NCBI GenBank assembly: GCA_900772775.1
Contig: CAAGRW010000151.1
Span: 1-49,717, forward strand
Reading direction: 5' to 3'
DNA: 49,717 nt
From: Candidatus Rifleibacteriota bacterium
Lineage (GTDB): Bacteria > Vulcanimicrobiota > Xenobia > Xenobiales > Xenobiaceae
Within the stretch, counting starts at the first letter, position 1. The number at the start of each line of letters is the position of its first letter. A program made the position numbers and the translations under genes. Under the pieces are notes generated by a model. That model did not search any database, was not told the origin of the DNA, and was given only the letters and a program-made list of their open reading frames with translations. Positions 1 to 9,185 of this stretch are shown here, piece by piece.

Positions 1-289
1 AATAACTTTGCCATCAATCATAAATTCACCCCCTTAAAATACCTACCATACTTTTGTATCATCTCACTAGTAATAGGAATAGCATCAGAACGATTTCCAT
101 CTCCTTCTTTAGTCATAGTAAAGCTCTTGTCATGCAAGGCGTATTATTTTTGTAATAAAGCGATAAATAAATGGCAAAGTTATTGCCGAGAAATTTGTAA
201 TAATAGTCCGATACACTGCAAGCATAGAAAAGGCCGAAATTGATAAAAAAAATCCGGCCACAACAAAAAGTAAAGCGGGGGACACAAAT

Positions 290-565
290 ATGGATATAGC
301 AAGTTTAGGCACTAACCTCTTCGGAATGTTTTGTGGGCAAAGCCAGAAAGCTCACAATATGCAAATGATGGCTGCTGACTATCAGAATGCCCAGACGATC
401 TACGCTTCTATCGATGCTCAAGCACAAAAAAGTGCTATGGAGCGTTGGAAAATTGCCAGTGATACTCAGACCAAAATTTTTGAAATTCAACAAGAAGTGA
501 CTGTCAATCGTGCCAAAACTCAAGACAAAATGTTTAATAAATGGTGCGATTATATAAAATCTTAA
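290..565 (+). CDS. Small hypothetical protein, member 1 of a local three-gene paralog family defined by a shared C-terminal module
   Basis: ATG start with a GGGGGA SD 7 nt upstream; 91 aa. The C-terminal ~35 aa (WKIASDTQTKIFEIQQEVTVNRAKTQDKMFNKW) align without gaps to the C-termini of the 678..1694 and 2003..2743 products. No signal peptide or TM segment. Confidence 0.7.
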   Translation: MDIASLGTNLFGMFCGQSQKAHNMQMMAADYQNAQTIYASIDAQAQKSAMERWKIASDTQTKIFEIQQEVTVNRAKTQDKMFNKWCDYIKS

Positions 566-677
566 GGTTATCGCATTTTACTCGACCGATAGTTGTTGAT
601 TACTCTACTTTTAATTTTAAGCATATACAGCAAATAGTAAATCAAGCTACTTTATGAAACCAAGGGGGGATATATAA

Positions 678-1694
678 ATGCTTATTTCTAACCGTCCTTT
701 AGATAGCCTTTCAGTTAGTTTATCGGCACTGCCGCCGCAACATCAAAATTTAGCTCCTCCGCCCTTGGAGGCGGCAAACGACAAAGACTCTGTGCTCTTA
801 TCTAGAGATACACAAAGTGAGTCACAGCAACTTGATACTTCAGCAACGCTATCTGCAGCAACTGCTCTGTCTACCAATTTACTAAACCAAGAGAATCAAA
901 CTGTAGACAACACCTCAAGCCAAGCTCAAAATCGGACACAAGGCAAATCTCAAGATCAAACTCAAATTCATGCTGAGCTAGAGCCTCTACCTGCAGAAGA
1001 ACGCGAGCCCAAATGCCGCAGTCGTCCCAATAGCTATTCAGCCGCAACTTCAACAAATTGCGCCTTTAGTTCGGAAGCAGCTCCAGCCTTGCTCTTTCAA
1101 GAAGATTTCTATACCGCCTGGCCACTTGGGACAGCTCTTGGATCAGCGTCATCTATTGCCACACAAATGGGTGGTTCGCCAAATAATACATCGCAAACCG
1201 AAATATCCCAAACTGACAGCTCACAAGTTGGTAATCCACAGACTGGGATATTACAAACAGAACAAACCGAACAGAGCGAGCCAGTAGCGGAGCCATTGGG
1301 GACAGCTTATTACCAGCCAGAAGCAATCCACAATACGACAGAATCAACAAATATAGATAATACAAAAAACACTGTCAGTTCTATTACTGTTGAAAGCTCC
1401 TCTTCTACTCGTTCAAAAGCAGAAGCTAAAAAGGCACCTGCTGATGAACCGCCCACCCAAGCCGAAGAGCAAGCGCTCAGAGAAGAAAAAGAGCAACAAG
1501 AAAAGCAACGCTTAGAAGTAATTTACGACCGTATTAAAGCAGAGAAGTTGTTGCATGAAGCTAAAAGGCAAGCTATTTGGGCCGACTTGCAAACGGAGTT
1601 GCGACGCATTTGGCGAGAAGTTATGCTCAGGCGCAAAAAATCGGAAGACGATTACCAAAAGAGTTGGCAAAAGATCTTCCTTAATGCAGGATAG
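678..1694 (+). CDS. Hypothetical low-complexity (Q/S/T/E-rich) protein, paralog family member 2
   Basis: ATG start with an AAGGGGGGA SD and the same ATATAAATG start context as the gene at 2003; 338 aa. The N-terminal ~270 aa are low complexity. A charged coiled-coil-like stretch (EEQALREEKEQQEKQRLE) follows, then the conserved C-terminal module (WADLQTELRRIWREVMLRRKKSEDDYQKSW). Confidence 0.7.
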   Translation: MLISNRPLDSLSVSLSALPPQHQNLAPPPLEAANDKDSVLLSRDTQSESQQLDTSATLSAATALSTNLLNQENQTVDNTSSQAQNRTQGKSQDQTQIHAELEPLPAEEREPKCRSRPNSYSAATSTNCAFSSEAAPALLFQEDFYTAWPLGTALGSASSIATQMGGSPNNTSQTEISQTDSSQVGNPQTGILQTEQTEQSEPVAEPLGTAYYQPEAIHNTTESTNIDNTKNTVSSITVESSSSTRSKAEAKKAPADEPPTQAEEQALREEKEQQEKQRLEVIYDRIKAEKLLHEAKRQAIWADLQTELRRIWREVMLRRKKSEDDYQKSWQKIFLNAG

Positions 1695-1715
1695 AAAATA
1701 CTTACAATCGGCAAC

Positions 1716-1772
1716 GGCAGCCTAACCTAGACAATTTAGCCAAATTAAATAAATTTACTCTACTAGGCTGCC
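1716..1772 (+). terminator. Long-range stem-loop downstream of the 678..1694 gene; possible terminator or processing structure
   Basis: The arm GGCAGCCTA (1716-1724) is perfectly complementary to TAGGCTGCC (1764-1772). The stem is 9 bp and the loop ~39 nt. No U-tract follows, so terminator function is uncertain. Confidence 0.3.
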
Positions 1773-1958
1773 CGTCCCGATTATAGCTAGACTACCAAGA
1801 AAACTATTTGCCTAGCTCTAGACAAATTATCTGGAACAAAAATTCTCAGAAAAAATTATGTTAATTTTCCTGAACTAAATTTCACAAATAAGCAACAAGA
1901 CAGCCTTTTTTTAAAGGGGCTAACCATTTATAATACTAGGGAAAATAATTGCATTTTA

Positions 1959-1974
1959 GCCAGAACGTTCTGGC
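1959..1974. promoter_or_regulatory. Perfect 16-bp palindrome (GCCAGAACGTTCTGGC) between a TATAAT box and the SD of the 2003..2743 gene; candidate operator or 5-prime-UTR hairpin
   Basis: GCCAGAAC is the exact reverse complement of GTTCTGGC. A TATAAT hexamer lies at 1929-1934, and the SD AAGGAGG lies at about 1987-1993. Confidence 0.45.
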
Positions 1975-2002
1975 CTTTAGCCTTGTAAGGAGGCCTATAT
2001 AA

Positions 2003-2743
2003 ATGGTTGCCCCTATCGGAATCAATACCAATACATATTCGCAAGCCAACGCTACTCGCAATATGCAGCAAGTTGGCGGCCAAAGCCAAGTAACCCGTAA
2101 AAACGACGTTGCTCCTCAGAGCGAAGCTCACAACACTGCTGCAGCCGACAACGTTCAGCTCTCCGAAGGCGTTTCTTTTGCTCAGAATGCTGAAGAGAAC
2201 GCTACTCATATAGGTGCTGCCCAAAATCAGTTTGAAGAAGAGATCGGCGATACTTTTGAAAGCGCCGAAGAGCCCGAAGTTGGCGCTGCTCAGGCCGGTA
2301 CTGCTGGCACAACCGAAGAAGCTGCCGCCCCCAAAGAGCCGCAAACTGACGAATACGGTTTCATTTTGATGGATGACCAAGGCAATACCATTGGCGGAAG
2401 CGTTCCTACCGATGATGGCGGCGCTGGTACTCCTCCTCCCGTAGACGGTGGCAATGGCGGTGCTGCTGGTGAAGTTCCCCCCGAAGATGGCGGAGCCGGT
2501 GAAACAGAAAGTGCTGCAGCTCGCGCTGAGCGTCTCCAGAAGATGGAACAAGATCGCGAAGCCGCTCTCTCTATCCTCACCCAAATGCAAGCCGACCGTC
2601 AGAAATGGCTGGCCGAGTTGATGAAGATCCTTTCCGATACTCAGGCTTCCATTTTCGATATTATTCAGCAAGCTGCCAACAACCGCGCTATGGCTTTCGA
2701 CAGAGCTATGATGGGTTGGTCCAGAGTATTTAACGGTCACTAA
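2003..2743 (+). CDS. Hypothetical acidic G/A/E/P-rich protein, paralog family member 3
   Basis: ATG start with an AAGGAGG SD; 246 aa. The central region is disordered and acidic. A charged helix (AAARAERLQKMEQDREAAL) follows, then the conserved module MKILSDTQASIFDIIQQAANNRAMAFDRAMMGW. The nearly co-extensive antisense ORF 1928..2740 has no SD or homology support. Confidence 0.75.
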   Translation: MVAPIGINTNTYSQANATRNMQQVGGQSQVTRKNDVAPQSEAHNTAAADNVQLSEGVSFAQNAEENATHIGAAQNQFEEEIGDTFESAEEPEVGAAQAGTAGTTEEAAAPKEPQTDEYGFILMDDQGNTIGGSVPTDDGGAGTPPPVDGGNGGAAGEVPPEDGGAGETESAAARAERLQKMEQDREAALSILTQMQADRQKWLAELMKILSDTQASIFDIIQQAANNRAMAFDRAMMGWSRVFNGH

Positions 2744-2771
2744 TTTAGTAAAATTAGCTATATAGTATAAA

Positions 2772-2828
2772 GAGCGGCGTGTTTACCACATACATTGCAA
2801 TTGTGGTAAGTACGCAGCTCTTTTTTTT
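2772..2828 (+). terminator. Rho-independent terminator of the 2003..2743 gene
   Basis: Imperfect long hairpin GAGCGGCGTGTTTACCACA...TGTGGTAAGTACGCAGCTC, followed by T8 at 2821-2828. Confidence 0.75.
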
Positions 2829-2957
2829 GTATAAAATACCATCAAGTCCATGTCTTTATGGCGCGGTAATGTCCACTCAATTTGTACAAACAATTGAAGA
2901 TATGCAATTATCATGCATTTTTCCGCAATACTACTATATAATCGAGAGAAAAGAACA

Positions 2958-2993
2958 ATTCTCGCAAACCATCTTAAGATTCTCGCAAACCAT
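2958..2993. repeat. Two exact 15-nt direct repeats (ATTCTCGCAAACCAT) spaced 21 nt start-to-start in an intergenic region
   Basis: Copies lie at 2958-2972 and 2979-2993, separated by CTTAAG. They sit in the non-coding gap between the 2003..2743 terminator and the convergent ATP-grasp gene. Confidence 0.5.
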
Positions 2994-3030
2994 TTAATGT
3001 GTTATACAAATATGGCTATATTATTTGCAT

Positions 3031-3079
3031 AAAAAATGCCCTTTGGGCCGATTTTGCTCGGAGAAAAGGGCATCTTTTT
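3031..3079. terminator. Bidirectional-looking terminator hairpin downstream of the minus-strand ATP-grasp gene
   Basis: ATGCCCTTT (3036-3044) pairs with AAAGGGCAT (3065-3073). An A6 run lies on one side and CTTTTT on the other. Confidence 0.5.
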
Positions 3080-3114
3080 AGCTACTTATTTTTTTCTTCT
3101 TAAGCTTTGCTCAA

Positions 3115-4032
3115 CTAAATGTTTTGCCAATTGGCCGTAATATCGTTGCGAGCTCCAGCTTTAGCTTTTTCGATAAGCAAATCGGCCATTTTATTGACAG
3201 CCCAAGGGAAGTGAGCGTCTCTTAAAGAGCGATAATCGAAGTCACAAACATAATTGGTAATATCTATAGCGTAGAGCACGTGATCTTTAACAGCGAACTC
3301 CAAGGCATTCATATCATAACCTATGGCACTGTTAAACTTAATAGTATACTCTTCAGCTTTAGCTAAATCGGCAGGATCAAGCACTCCCTGATCTTGGACA
3401 TATTCGCCCTGGCCCATAGGACGAGGGATATAACGAATAGCTCTAGCGTTGGTACGACCGATGCTTAAACAACGAATATAATCTTCCCAAGCAATGAACT
3501 CCTGCAAAGTCATAGTCAGGCTACCAGATTCGTTGTAAGCTTTGATAGCGTCTTCTTTGCTATAAATTTTATAAACGCTCTTCCAGCCGCCACCAAAAGC
3601 CGGCTTCATAATGCAAGGTAAACCAACTTCCGCTAAACGAGCGTCCCAATCGATAGGCCACATGTTGCGCAAAGAACCAGCCGTAATGTCGGCAGTATAA
3701 GCTAAGTTGGGCAGTACAACAGTTTTGGGTACGGGGATCCCCAAACGCTTGGCTAAAGAGTAGCCAAAGAATTTATCATCAACATTCATCCAGAAAGGAT
3801 TATTGACAACGTAGGTGCCTTGCAAAGAGGCTTGCTTCAAATAAACTTGATAGTAAGGTACTTCGTGGGAAATACGATCCAAAATAGCGCCGTAAGGGCA
3901 CTTTTCACCACAGCTGGTACCACCTAAGTGAATATATTCAGCCTGTACACCACAGTTGCGGCGATTTATTTCTGCCAATACGCCATCAGGAAAACTATCC
4001 TCACGACCGCGCAAAATACCGACTTTCAACAT
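3115..4032 (-). CDS. ATP-grasp fold protein (RimK / glutathione-synthetase-like ligase superfamily); substrate unknown
   Basis: ATP-grasp-like motifs are present: KPAFGGGWKSVYKIYSKEDAIKAY, LQEFIAWEDYIRC, and ALEFAVKDHVLYAIDITN. The preferred start is the ATG at 4032 (MLKVGIL), which has a GAGGAGGG SD. The TTG start of the ORF track at 4053 lies inside that SD. Confidence 0.6.
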   Translation of the reverse strand: MLKVGILRGREDSFPDGVLAEINRRNCGVQAEYIHLGGTSCGEKCPYGAILDRISHEVPYYQVYLKQASLQGTYVVNNPFWMNVDDKFFGYSLAKRLGIPVPKTVVLPNLAYTADITAGSLRNMWPIDWDARLAEVGLPCIMKPAFGGGWKSVYKIYSKEDAIKAYNESGSLTMTLQEFIAWEDYIRCLSIGRTNARAIRYIPRPMGQGEYVQDQGVLDPADLAKAEEYTIKFNSAIGYDMNALEFAVKDHVLYAIDITNYVCDFDYRSLRDAHFPWAVNKMADLLIEKAKAGARNDITANWQNI

Positions 4033-4116
4033 GTTGTAAACAACCCTCCTCAAAGGAATAGGCGGCCCCGGGCCGCTGCTTAAAAATGTTTGCGAGTTCG
4101 GGAAAACCCACTATGG

Positions 4117-5136
4117 TCAGCGTCTTTTGTTAAAATAAGCCAAAGCCCAATTGCGCACACCTAAATCGTCATCATGCAAAGCACTGCGCAAGAATTCATC
4201 ACTCTCTGTTTCGGCAGCCAAAGCATAAGCGCGACGGCGTACACTAGCGTCACCATAATTACGGCAAAGATCGTAAAGCGCCGTACATTGTACTTTAAAC
4301 TTTTGATTTTGCAAATCGATACGTTCTTCAGGATCCATAAGAGACATTAAATCCAGAACGCCATGCAAAAGAGGCATTATATCGTCGCTCCAGTAGGAGA
4401 TATTCTCTACGATGTGACGGAGAACCTTAGGAGCATTTTCTGTGGCCTTAGCTAAGCACGTAACAGCTTTTCTAGCTAAGAAGTTGGGAGCATAGACCGG
4501 CTGCTTCAAGAAACCGCTGGAAACGCTTTTTTCGACATCAAGCCCCAAAGCCCATTGGCAAATAGTAAGTTTGTTATCGGCAGTAAAACCACGTATTCCT
4601 AAAGACTGCTCTATCAGGGCCAAACGTCCCTCTTTGGAAAGATAGTCACTGACCAAGAGACAAATGAATAAACAAACTCTGTCGTTGTTACTCAATTCCG
4701 GCTTGCTTACCAGGGCTTTACCACAATACAAGCTTTCCTCTTTTTTCAAAGGCTCAAGCGAAGCTTCTCTGGCAAAGTTTACTTCTGTCTCGGGATTGAT
4801 AAGTTCACAGGCAAAACTGATAATCTTATCGACCATGATAGTTTCCCCGGCATTTTCACAAAGCCAAGCCATAGCTAAAATTCCGCCGGGAGAAACTTGA
4901 ATCAATTGGCTGAGAGCCTTCTGGCGTGTACTATCATTTAACTTCTTAGTTTTAAATATCTCACGAGCTAAAGCATCAATCCAATCTTGCTCTGTTACAG
5001 AAGCCTGTTCACCGGCCACATCGCGTTTCATACAACGCTGCAAACGCCTGCGAGCCGCCCCCTTAACTTGCTGTAAGGCTGCGCTACTGAAAACCTCGTC
5101 CAAAAGAAAATCCTCCCAACGAGAGCTTGGGAGCAT
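4117..5136 (-). CDS. Hypothetical alpha-helical protein with C-terminal HEAT/PBS-lyase-like repeats
   Basis: 339 aa; ATG start with a GGGAGA SD. The C-terminus carries repeat-like segments (GDASVRRRAYALAA, DDDLGVRNWALAYF) typical of HEAT repeats. No other motif was recognised. Confidence 0.55.
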   Translation of the reverse strand: MLPSSRWEDFLLDEVFSSAALQQVKGAARRRLQRCMKRDVAGEQASVTEQDWIDALAREIFKTKKLNDSTRQKALSQLIQVSPGGILAMAWLCENAGETIMVDKIISFACELINPETEVNFAREASLEPLKKEESLYCGKALVSKPELSNNDRVCLFICLLVSDYLSKEGRLALIEQSLGIRGFTADNKLTICQWALGLDVEKSVSSGFLKQPVYAPNFLARKAVTCLAKATENAPKVLRHIVENISYWSDDIMPLLHGVLDLMSLMDPEERIDLQNQKFKVQCTALYDLCRNYGDASVRRRAYALAAETESDEFLRSALHDDDLGVRNWALAYFNKRR

Positions 5137-5229
5137 ACTTTTCTCCCAACTCCGTTACCTTACTTATTCACTCCTCACTTTAGCAAATAACAGCAAAAAA
5201 CCTGCTCCAGCTCAAGTGAGCAAAGTACC

Positions 5230-5275
5230 AAAAAGGCGGGCTCGCCCTCATACACAGAACAAGAACGACCCGCCT
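5230..5275 (-). terminator. Probable Rho-independent terminator after rpoC
   Basis: On the minus strand, GGCGGG...CCCGCC is followed by TTTTT (plus-strand AAAAAGGCGGGCTC...GACCCGCC). The loop is large, so confidence is moderate. Confidence 0.45.
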
Positions 5276-5345
5276 CCAGTGTGAATACCGGCAGACAGCA
5301 ACCGGGGATATTTAAGCTCCCCGACTCAGTCTTTCGGTTTTCAAT

Positions 5346-8300
5346 CTAGAAATTAAAGGAACTGCTGCCTAAACTTACAGCCAAGCTGTCTTCGGGAGCA
5401 AGCGAGCTATCGAAGACCGAAGGCTCTTCGTGCTTAGTCTCCTCATAGACCTTAGCACCGTGCAAACCAATCTTTACCTGGCGATATTGATCCATACCGG
5501 TACCGGCGGGGATCAACTTACCGATAATGACGTTTTCCTTCAGGCCGCGCAAGTGGTCAACCTTACCATTGATAGCAGCTTCCGTGAGAACTTTAGTGGT
5601 CTCTTGGAAGGAAGCAGCAGACAAGAAGGAGTCGGTAGCCAAGGAAGCTTTAGTAACACCTAAGAGCACAGGCTCAAAGGTAGCGAAAGCTCTAAGCTTG
5701 TCGGCAGCACCAGCTTCACCAAATTCGGCAATAAGCTTATCGTTTTCGGCGCGAACCATATTGTTCTGGCTCTCGACATAGAGTACGTCTTGCAAACTGC
5801 CAGGCAGCATGTTGGTATCGCCAGCGTCGGTGATACGTACTTTACGCAGCATCTGACGAACGATAACTTCTACGTGCTTGTCGCTGATGTCTACACCTTG
5901 ATCGCGGTATACGGTTTGTACCTGATCTACGATATAGCGCTGTACGTGCTCCAAGCCCTTAATGCGCAGAATGTCATGGGGGTTCATGAAGCCGTCGACA
6001 ATCACATCACCAGCGACGACGGTGTCGCCTTCGGTAACGTTGAGTCTGGCATTGTGAGGTACCAACATATCGAACTCGTCTTCAACACTGCCATCGGCAC
6101 GACGACGAGTAATAGTGACCTTTTGCTGACCTTTTTCTTCACCGAGTGTGACTACACCACTAATCTCGGCCAAGAAGCCCAAGTTCTTAGGTTTGCGAGC
6201 TTCGAAGAGTTCTTCAACACGAGGCAAACCTTGTACGATGTCTTCCTGAGCTACACCACCGGTGTGGAAGGTACGCAAAGTCAACTGAGTACCAGGCTCA
6301 CCAATAGACTGAGCAGCTACAATACCGACAGTCTCACCGATTTCAACGGGCTTACCAGTAGCCAAGTTGCGGCCATAGCACTTAGCGCATACACCATGTT
6401 CGGCGTGGCAAGTCATGACAGAGCGGATTCTGAAGCCAGGACGATACCAAGTGTGGCGATCCTCCGGATTGGGCTTAATGAAACCGCTAGCGTCAGCATC
6501 GCGAGAGAGCCAACGCTCGATGTCGGCAGCTTGTTCCTCTTCAATCAAATCGCCGGAGCTAATATGGCAAGGCTTGCCGCTCTTGTCTTCATAATCGAGA
6601 TCCTGAGCAGCATAGCGACCAGTAAGACGCTCAGCTAAGCGCATCTTAACATCGTTGCCATTGACAGCAGGCTCGACCAAAATACCATGGCTGGTACCGC
6701 AATCGGCCTCGCGCACGATAATGTCTTGAGAGACATCGATCAAGCGGCGAGTCAAGTAACCGGAGTCGGCCGTACGCAACGCAGTGTCGGCCAAACCTTT
6801 ACGAGCACCGTGAGTACCAATGAAGTATTCCAATACGGTCAAACCTTCACGCAAGTTGGCGCGAATAGGCATCGGGATGATCTTACCAGTCGGGTCAGCC
6901 ATCAAACCGCGCATACCGGCCAGCTGTTTTACCTGAGATGGGTTACCACGAGCACCAGAGGTTGCCATCATAAACACCGGGTTCAAGCGATCTAAGTGAC
7001 GCATCATCGCTGAACCGACTTCCTCTGTAGCGTCAGCCCAAATCTTGTTGAGCTGCAAATAATGTTCGTTTTCGGTCAAGAAGCCTCTAGCTAAGAAGCG
7101 ATCGGCCACGGCAACCTTTTCATCGGCGTGAGCCAAAATACGACCTTTTTCAGGAGGAATCTTAATGTCGTGTACACTGATAGACGTACCAGAGCGGGTG
7201 GCAAACTTGTAACCCAAAGCCTTGAGGTTATCAAGGAAAGCAGCTGTCTTAGTGTTGCCATGAGCAGAGTGAGTACGTTTTACCAGAGCAACGATATCTT
7301 TCTTGCCAAAAGGATGGTTAAATTCGGCAAAGACCATACGACCTTTACCTAATTTGCGACCGTCGCCGGGCAAGATGGAATCTTCGCGAATATTGTCAGG
7401 AACGGCACCCCACATGAGCAAACGACCCACAGTAGTGGAAACACGTTCATTAAACAGACTGACAAAAATAGGAGCCTGAATTTCAACTACGCCAGATTCG
7501 TAAGCCAAAATGGCTTCGTTGACGGAGCTGAAGCACTTACCTTCACCTTTGGAGTCGTGCTTTTCAATGGTGAGGTAGTACATACCCAATACCATGTCTT
7601 GGGTAGGTACAGTAGCGGGAGAGCCGTAAGCGGGCAACAGAATGTTGTGCGCGGACAACATGAGAATGCGAGCTTCAGCCTGAGCGCCGGCAGACAAAGG
7701 AAGGTGAACAGCCATCTGGTCACCGTCGAAGTCGGCGTTGTAAGGAGTACATACCAAAGGATGGAGCTGTAAGGCCTTACCTTCTACCAACACGGGCTCG
7801 AAAGCTTGGATACCTAAGCGGTGCAGCGTTGGAGCACGGTTGAGCAAAACGGGATGGTCTACAATAACCTCTTCCAAAGCGTCCCAAACTTCAGCACGAG
7901 CTTTTTCGACCATGCGTTTGGCGGCTTTGATATTGAGAGCTTTGCCATTGTCAACCAAGTTTTTCATGACAAAGGGCTTGAAGAGCTCCAAAGCCATTTC
8001 TTTAGGCAAACCGCACTGGTGCAACTTCAACTTCGGGCCAACTACAATTACGGAACGGCCGGAGTAGTCTACACGCTTACCGAGCAAGTTCTGACGGAAA
8101 CGTCCTTGCTTACCTTTGAGCATGTCGGACAAGCTCTTCAAAGGACGGCTGTTAGGGCCGGTGACGGGACGACCACGACGGCCGTTGTCGATCAGAGCAT
8201 CGACAGCTTCCTGAAGCATGCGCTTTTCGTTTTTAACGATAATGTCGGGAGCTCCCAAATCTTGCAAACGACGCAAACGGTTATTACGGTTGATAACGCG

Positions 8301-9083
8301 ACGGTATAAGTCGTTCAAGTCGGAAGTAGCAAAACGGGCGCCATCGAGCTGCACCATGGGGCGCAAATCGGGGGGAATAACGGGAATAACCGTCAAGACC
8401 ATCCATTCAGGACGGTTGCCAGATTTGCGGAAAGCTTCAACAACTTCCAAACGCTTGATAGCTTTGGCTTTGCGCTGTCCACTCTGCTCTACAATATCAG
8501 TGCGCAGTTCTTCGTAAAGTTTATCTAAATCGATCTCTTTGAGAAGTTCTTGAATAGCCTCGGCACCCATACCGGCGCGGAAGTTACCATAAGGATACTT
8601 TTCTTTGAGCTCGCGGTATTCTTGCTCGGAAAGGAGCTGATATTTTTTGAGACCAATTTCCGGATCGCCGGGATCGATCACAATATAGCTGCTGAAATAG
8701 ATAACTTTCTCTAAGTTGCGGGGAGAAAGCTCGAGGAGCAAGCCTATGCGAGAAGGCACGCCCTTAAAATACCAAATATGCGTCACGGGAGAGGCCAAAT
8801 TGATGTGGCCCATACGCTCACGGCGCACTTTAGCGCGGGTAATTTCCACACCGCACTTATCGCAAATCAAACCTTTGTGACGTACACGCTTATACTTACC
8901 GCAATGGCATTCCCAGTCTTTAACCGGACCAAAAATGCGCTCGCAGAAAAGTCCATCGCGCTCAGGTTTGAGAGTTCTATAGTTAATAGTTTCGGGCTTC
9001 TTGACTTCGCCGAACGACCATTTGCGAATCTGTTCGGGAGAGGCAAGACCTATTTGCATAGCCTCAAAATTATTGACATCCAT
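5346..9083 (-). CDS. rpoC: DNA-directed RNA polymerase subunit beta-prime
   Basis: Hallmark motifs are present: the N-terminal Zn finger [22 protein letters not shown], the catalytic [12 protein letters not shown], and the trigger loop [18 protein letters not shown] followed directly by [13 protein letters not shown] with no SI3 insertion. The start was moved to the ATG at 9083 ([19 protein letters not shown]), which has an AGGAGGA SD. Confidence 0.97.
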   Translation of the reverse strand: MDVNNFEAMQIGLASPEQIRKWSFGEVKKPETINYRTLKPERDGLFCERIFGPVKDWECHCGKYKRVRHKGLICDKCGVEITRAKVRRERMGHINLASPVTHIWYFKGVPSRIGLLLELSPRNLEKVIYFSSYIVIDPGDPEIGLKKYQLLSEQEYRELKEKYPYGNFRAGMGAEAIQELLKEIDLDKLYEELRTDIVEQSGQRKAKAIKRLEVVEAFRKSGNRPEWMVLTVIPVIPPDLRPMVQLDGARFATSDLNDLYRRVINRNNRLRRLQDLGAPDIIVKNEKRMLQEAVDALIDNGRRGRPVTGPNSRPLKSLSDMLKGKQGRFRQNLLGKRVDYSGRSVIVVGPKLKLHQCGLPKEMALELFKPFVMKNLVDNGKALNIKAAKRMVEKARAEVWDALEEVIVDHPVLLNRAPTLHRLGIQAFEPVLVEGKALQLHPLVCTPYNADFDGDQMAVHLPLSAGAQAEARILMLSAHNILLPAYGSPATVPTQDMVLGMYYLTIEKHDSKGEGKCFSSVNEAILAYESGVVEIQAPIFVSLFNERVSTTVGRLLMWGAVPDNIREDSILPGDGRKLGKGRMVFAEFNHPFGKKDIVALVKRTHSAHGNTKTAAFLDNLKALGYKFATRSGTSISVHDIKIPPEKGRILAHADEKVAVADRFLARGFLTENEHYLQLNKIWADATEEVGSAMMRHLDRLNPVFMMATSGARGNPSQVKQLAGMRGLMADPTGKIIPMPIRANLREGLTVLEYFIGTHGARKGLADTALRTADSGYLTRRLIDVSQDIIVREADCGTSHGILVEPAVNGNDVKMRLAERLTGRYAAQDLDYEDKSGKPCHISSGDLIEEEQAADIERWLSRDADASGFIKPNPEDRHTWYRPGFRIRSVMTCHAEHGVCAKCYGRNLATGKPVEIGETVGIVAAQSIGEPGTQLTLRTFHTGGVAQEDIVQGLPRVEELFEARKPKNLGFLAEISGVVTLGEEKGQQKVTITRRRADGSVEDEFDMLVPHNARLNVTEGDTVVAGDVIVDGFMNPHDILRIKGLEHVQRYIVDQVQTVYRDQGVDISDKHVEVIVRQMLRKVRITDAGDTNMLPGSLQDVLYVESQNNMVRAENDKLIAEFGEAGAADKLRAFATFEPVLLGVTKASLATDSFLSAASFQETTKVLTEAAINGKVDHLRGLKENVIIGKLIPAGTGMDQYRQVKIGLHGAKVYEETKHEEPSVFDSSLAPEDSLAVSLGSSSFNF

Positions 9084-9185
9084 ATTAACTTGAGTCCTCC
9101 TGGTGGGCGGCAGAAGATAGGCTCTATTGCAACCTTTTTCTTCTGCCAACCGCAGTAAGAGCTTTTAACCTAAGAAACCTTAGAT

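Noticed and set aside
1-116. At the left edge on the minus strand: a 32-codon ORF (116..18) whose TGA overlaps, as ATGA, an ATG at position 21. That ATG is preceded by AAGGGGGTG and its frame runs off the window.
   Set aside because: Only 7 codons of the downstream gene are visible and the 32-codon ORF has no SD. This is probably the start of a real gene, but it cannot be characterised from this window.
130-312. 60-aa hydrophobic minus-strand ORF (GTG start) overlapping the start of the 290..565 gene.
   Set aside because: There is no SD. It overlaps the SD and start of a better-supported gene. AT-rich sequence readily yields hydrophobic pseudo-ORFs. It remains possible as a small membrane peptide but is unsupported.
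1928-2740. 270-aa minus-strand ORF almost co-extensive with the 2003..2743 gene.
   Set aside because: The plus-strand frame has a consensus SD, a downstream terminator and a C-terminal module shared with two neighbouring genes. The minus-strand frame has none of these.
2779-2997. 72-aa ORF in the spacer after the 2003..2743 terminator.
   Set aside because: It starts inside the terminator hairpin, has no SD, and its 3-prime end is made of the 15-nt direct repeats. It is more likely non-coding.
5790-6638. Long plus-strand ORFs antisense to rpoC and rpoB (5790..6638, 282 aa; 10476..11477, 333 aa; and many shorter ones), and antisense to ppdK (32407..32943).
   Set aside because: They lie entirely inside genes with unambiguous homology on the other strand. 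They have no SD, and their translations are low-information. This is the usual antisense open-frame artefact of codon-biased genes.
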